Assembly (NCBI GenBank): GCA_021828665.1
Contig: JAJZDH010000003.1
Span: 1-34,422 of the forward strand
Source of the DNA: Thermoplasmata archaeon
GTDB taxonomy: Archaea; Thermoplasmatota; Thermoplasmata; Lutacidiplasmatales; UBA184
DNA: 34,422 nucleotides
Direction: 5' to 3'
This document shows positions 34,374 through 34,422 of the stretch, piece by piece. Within the stretch, counting starts at the first letter, position 1, and every line of letters begins with the position of its first letter. Below the pieces are notes generated by a model. The model did not search any database. It had not been told where the DNA came from and saw nothing but the letters and a program-made list of their open reading frames with translations. The position numbers were made by a program, and so were the translations under genes.

Positions 34374-34422
34374 ATGTTGCGCGAGACGGTGTTCGCCGTG
34401 GGCGGCATCCTGCTCCTCACCA
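34374..34422 (+). CDS. Partial CDS (5' end, MLRETVFAVGGILLLT...), probably a membrane or secreted protein
   Basis: ATG after a purine-rich GGGGAAGG, with a hydrophobic start. It runs off the window. Confidence 0.5.
   Translation, partial: MLRETVFAVGGILLLT

Noticed and set aside
1-34422. CRISPR arrays, IS elements, integrases, tRNA/rRNA genes, defence systems
   Set aside because: No regularly spaced repeats, transposase or recombinase motifs, terminal inverted repeats or canonical RNA genes were seen.

Overview
Very GC-rich archaeal DNA, most consistent with a Thermoplasmata-type lineage. The assignment rests on FEN1 with a PIP box, a PAC2 proteasome chaperone, Bat-type HTH regulators, TATA-like boxes about 20-30 nt before start codons, and a heavily sequon-decorated surface protein. 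From left to right the window holds: (1) a fen-FTCD-Rib7 operon divergent from PAC2; (2) a small membrane protein, a Bat-type regulator and a crotonase; (3) a 1452-aa membrane-anchored surface glycoprotein; (4) an anaerobic aromatic-ring reduction cluster (oah, class I benzoyl-CoA reductase B-A-D-C, had); (5) an IMPase-type hisN converging on a tightly coupled hisGDCHABF(IE) operon; (6) a second Cys-rich Bat regulator, MarR and two MFS transporters; (7) an orphan and an M13 peptidase. The most unusual signal is the his operon 5' end. The conserved HisG N-terminus has no in-frame ATG/GTG/TTG. Instead a TATA box precedes a 24-codon leader ORF that folds into nested stems and ends in UUC-UGA-A, with hisG continuing in the +1 frame. 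This is a candidate archaeal leader/recoding control system, although an indel in a C8 tract is an alternative explanation. Most long ORFs in the supplied track are GC-driven shadow frames.
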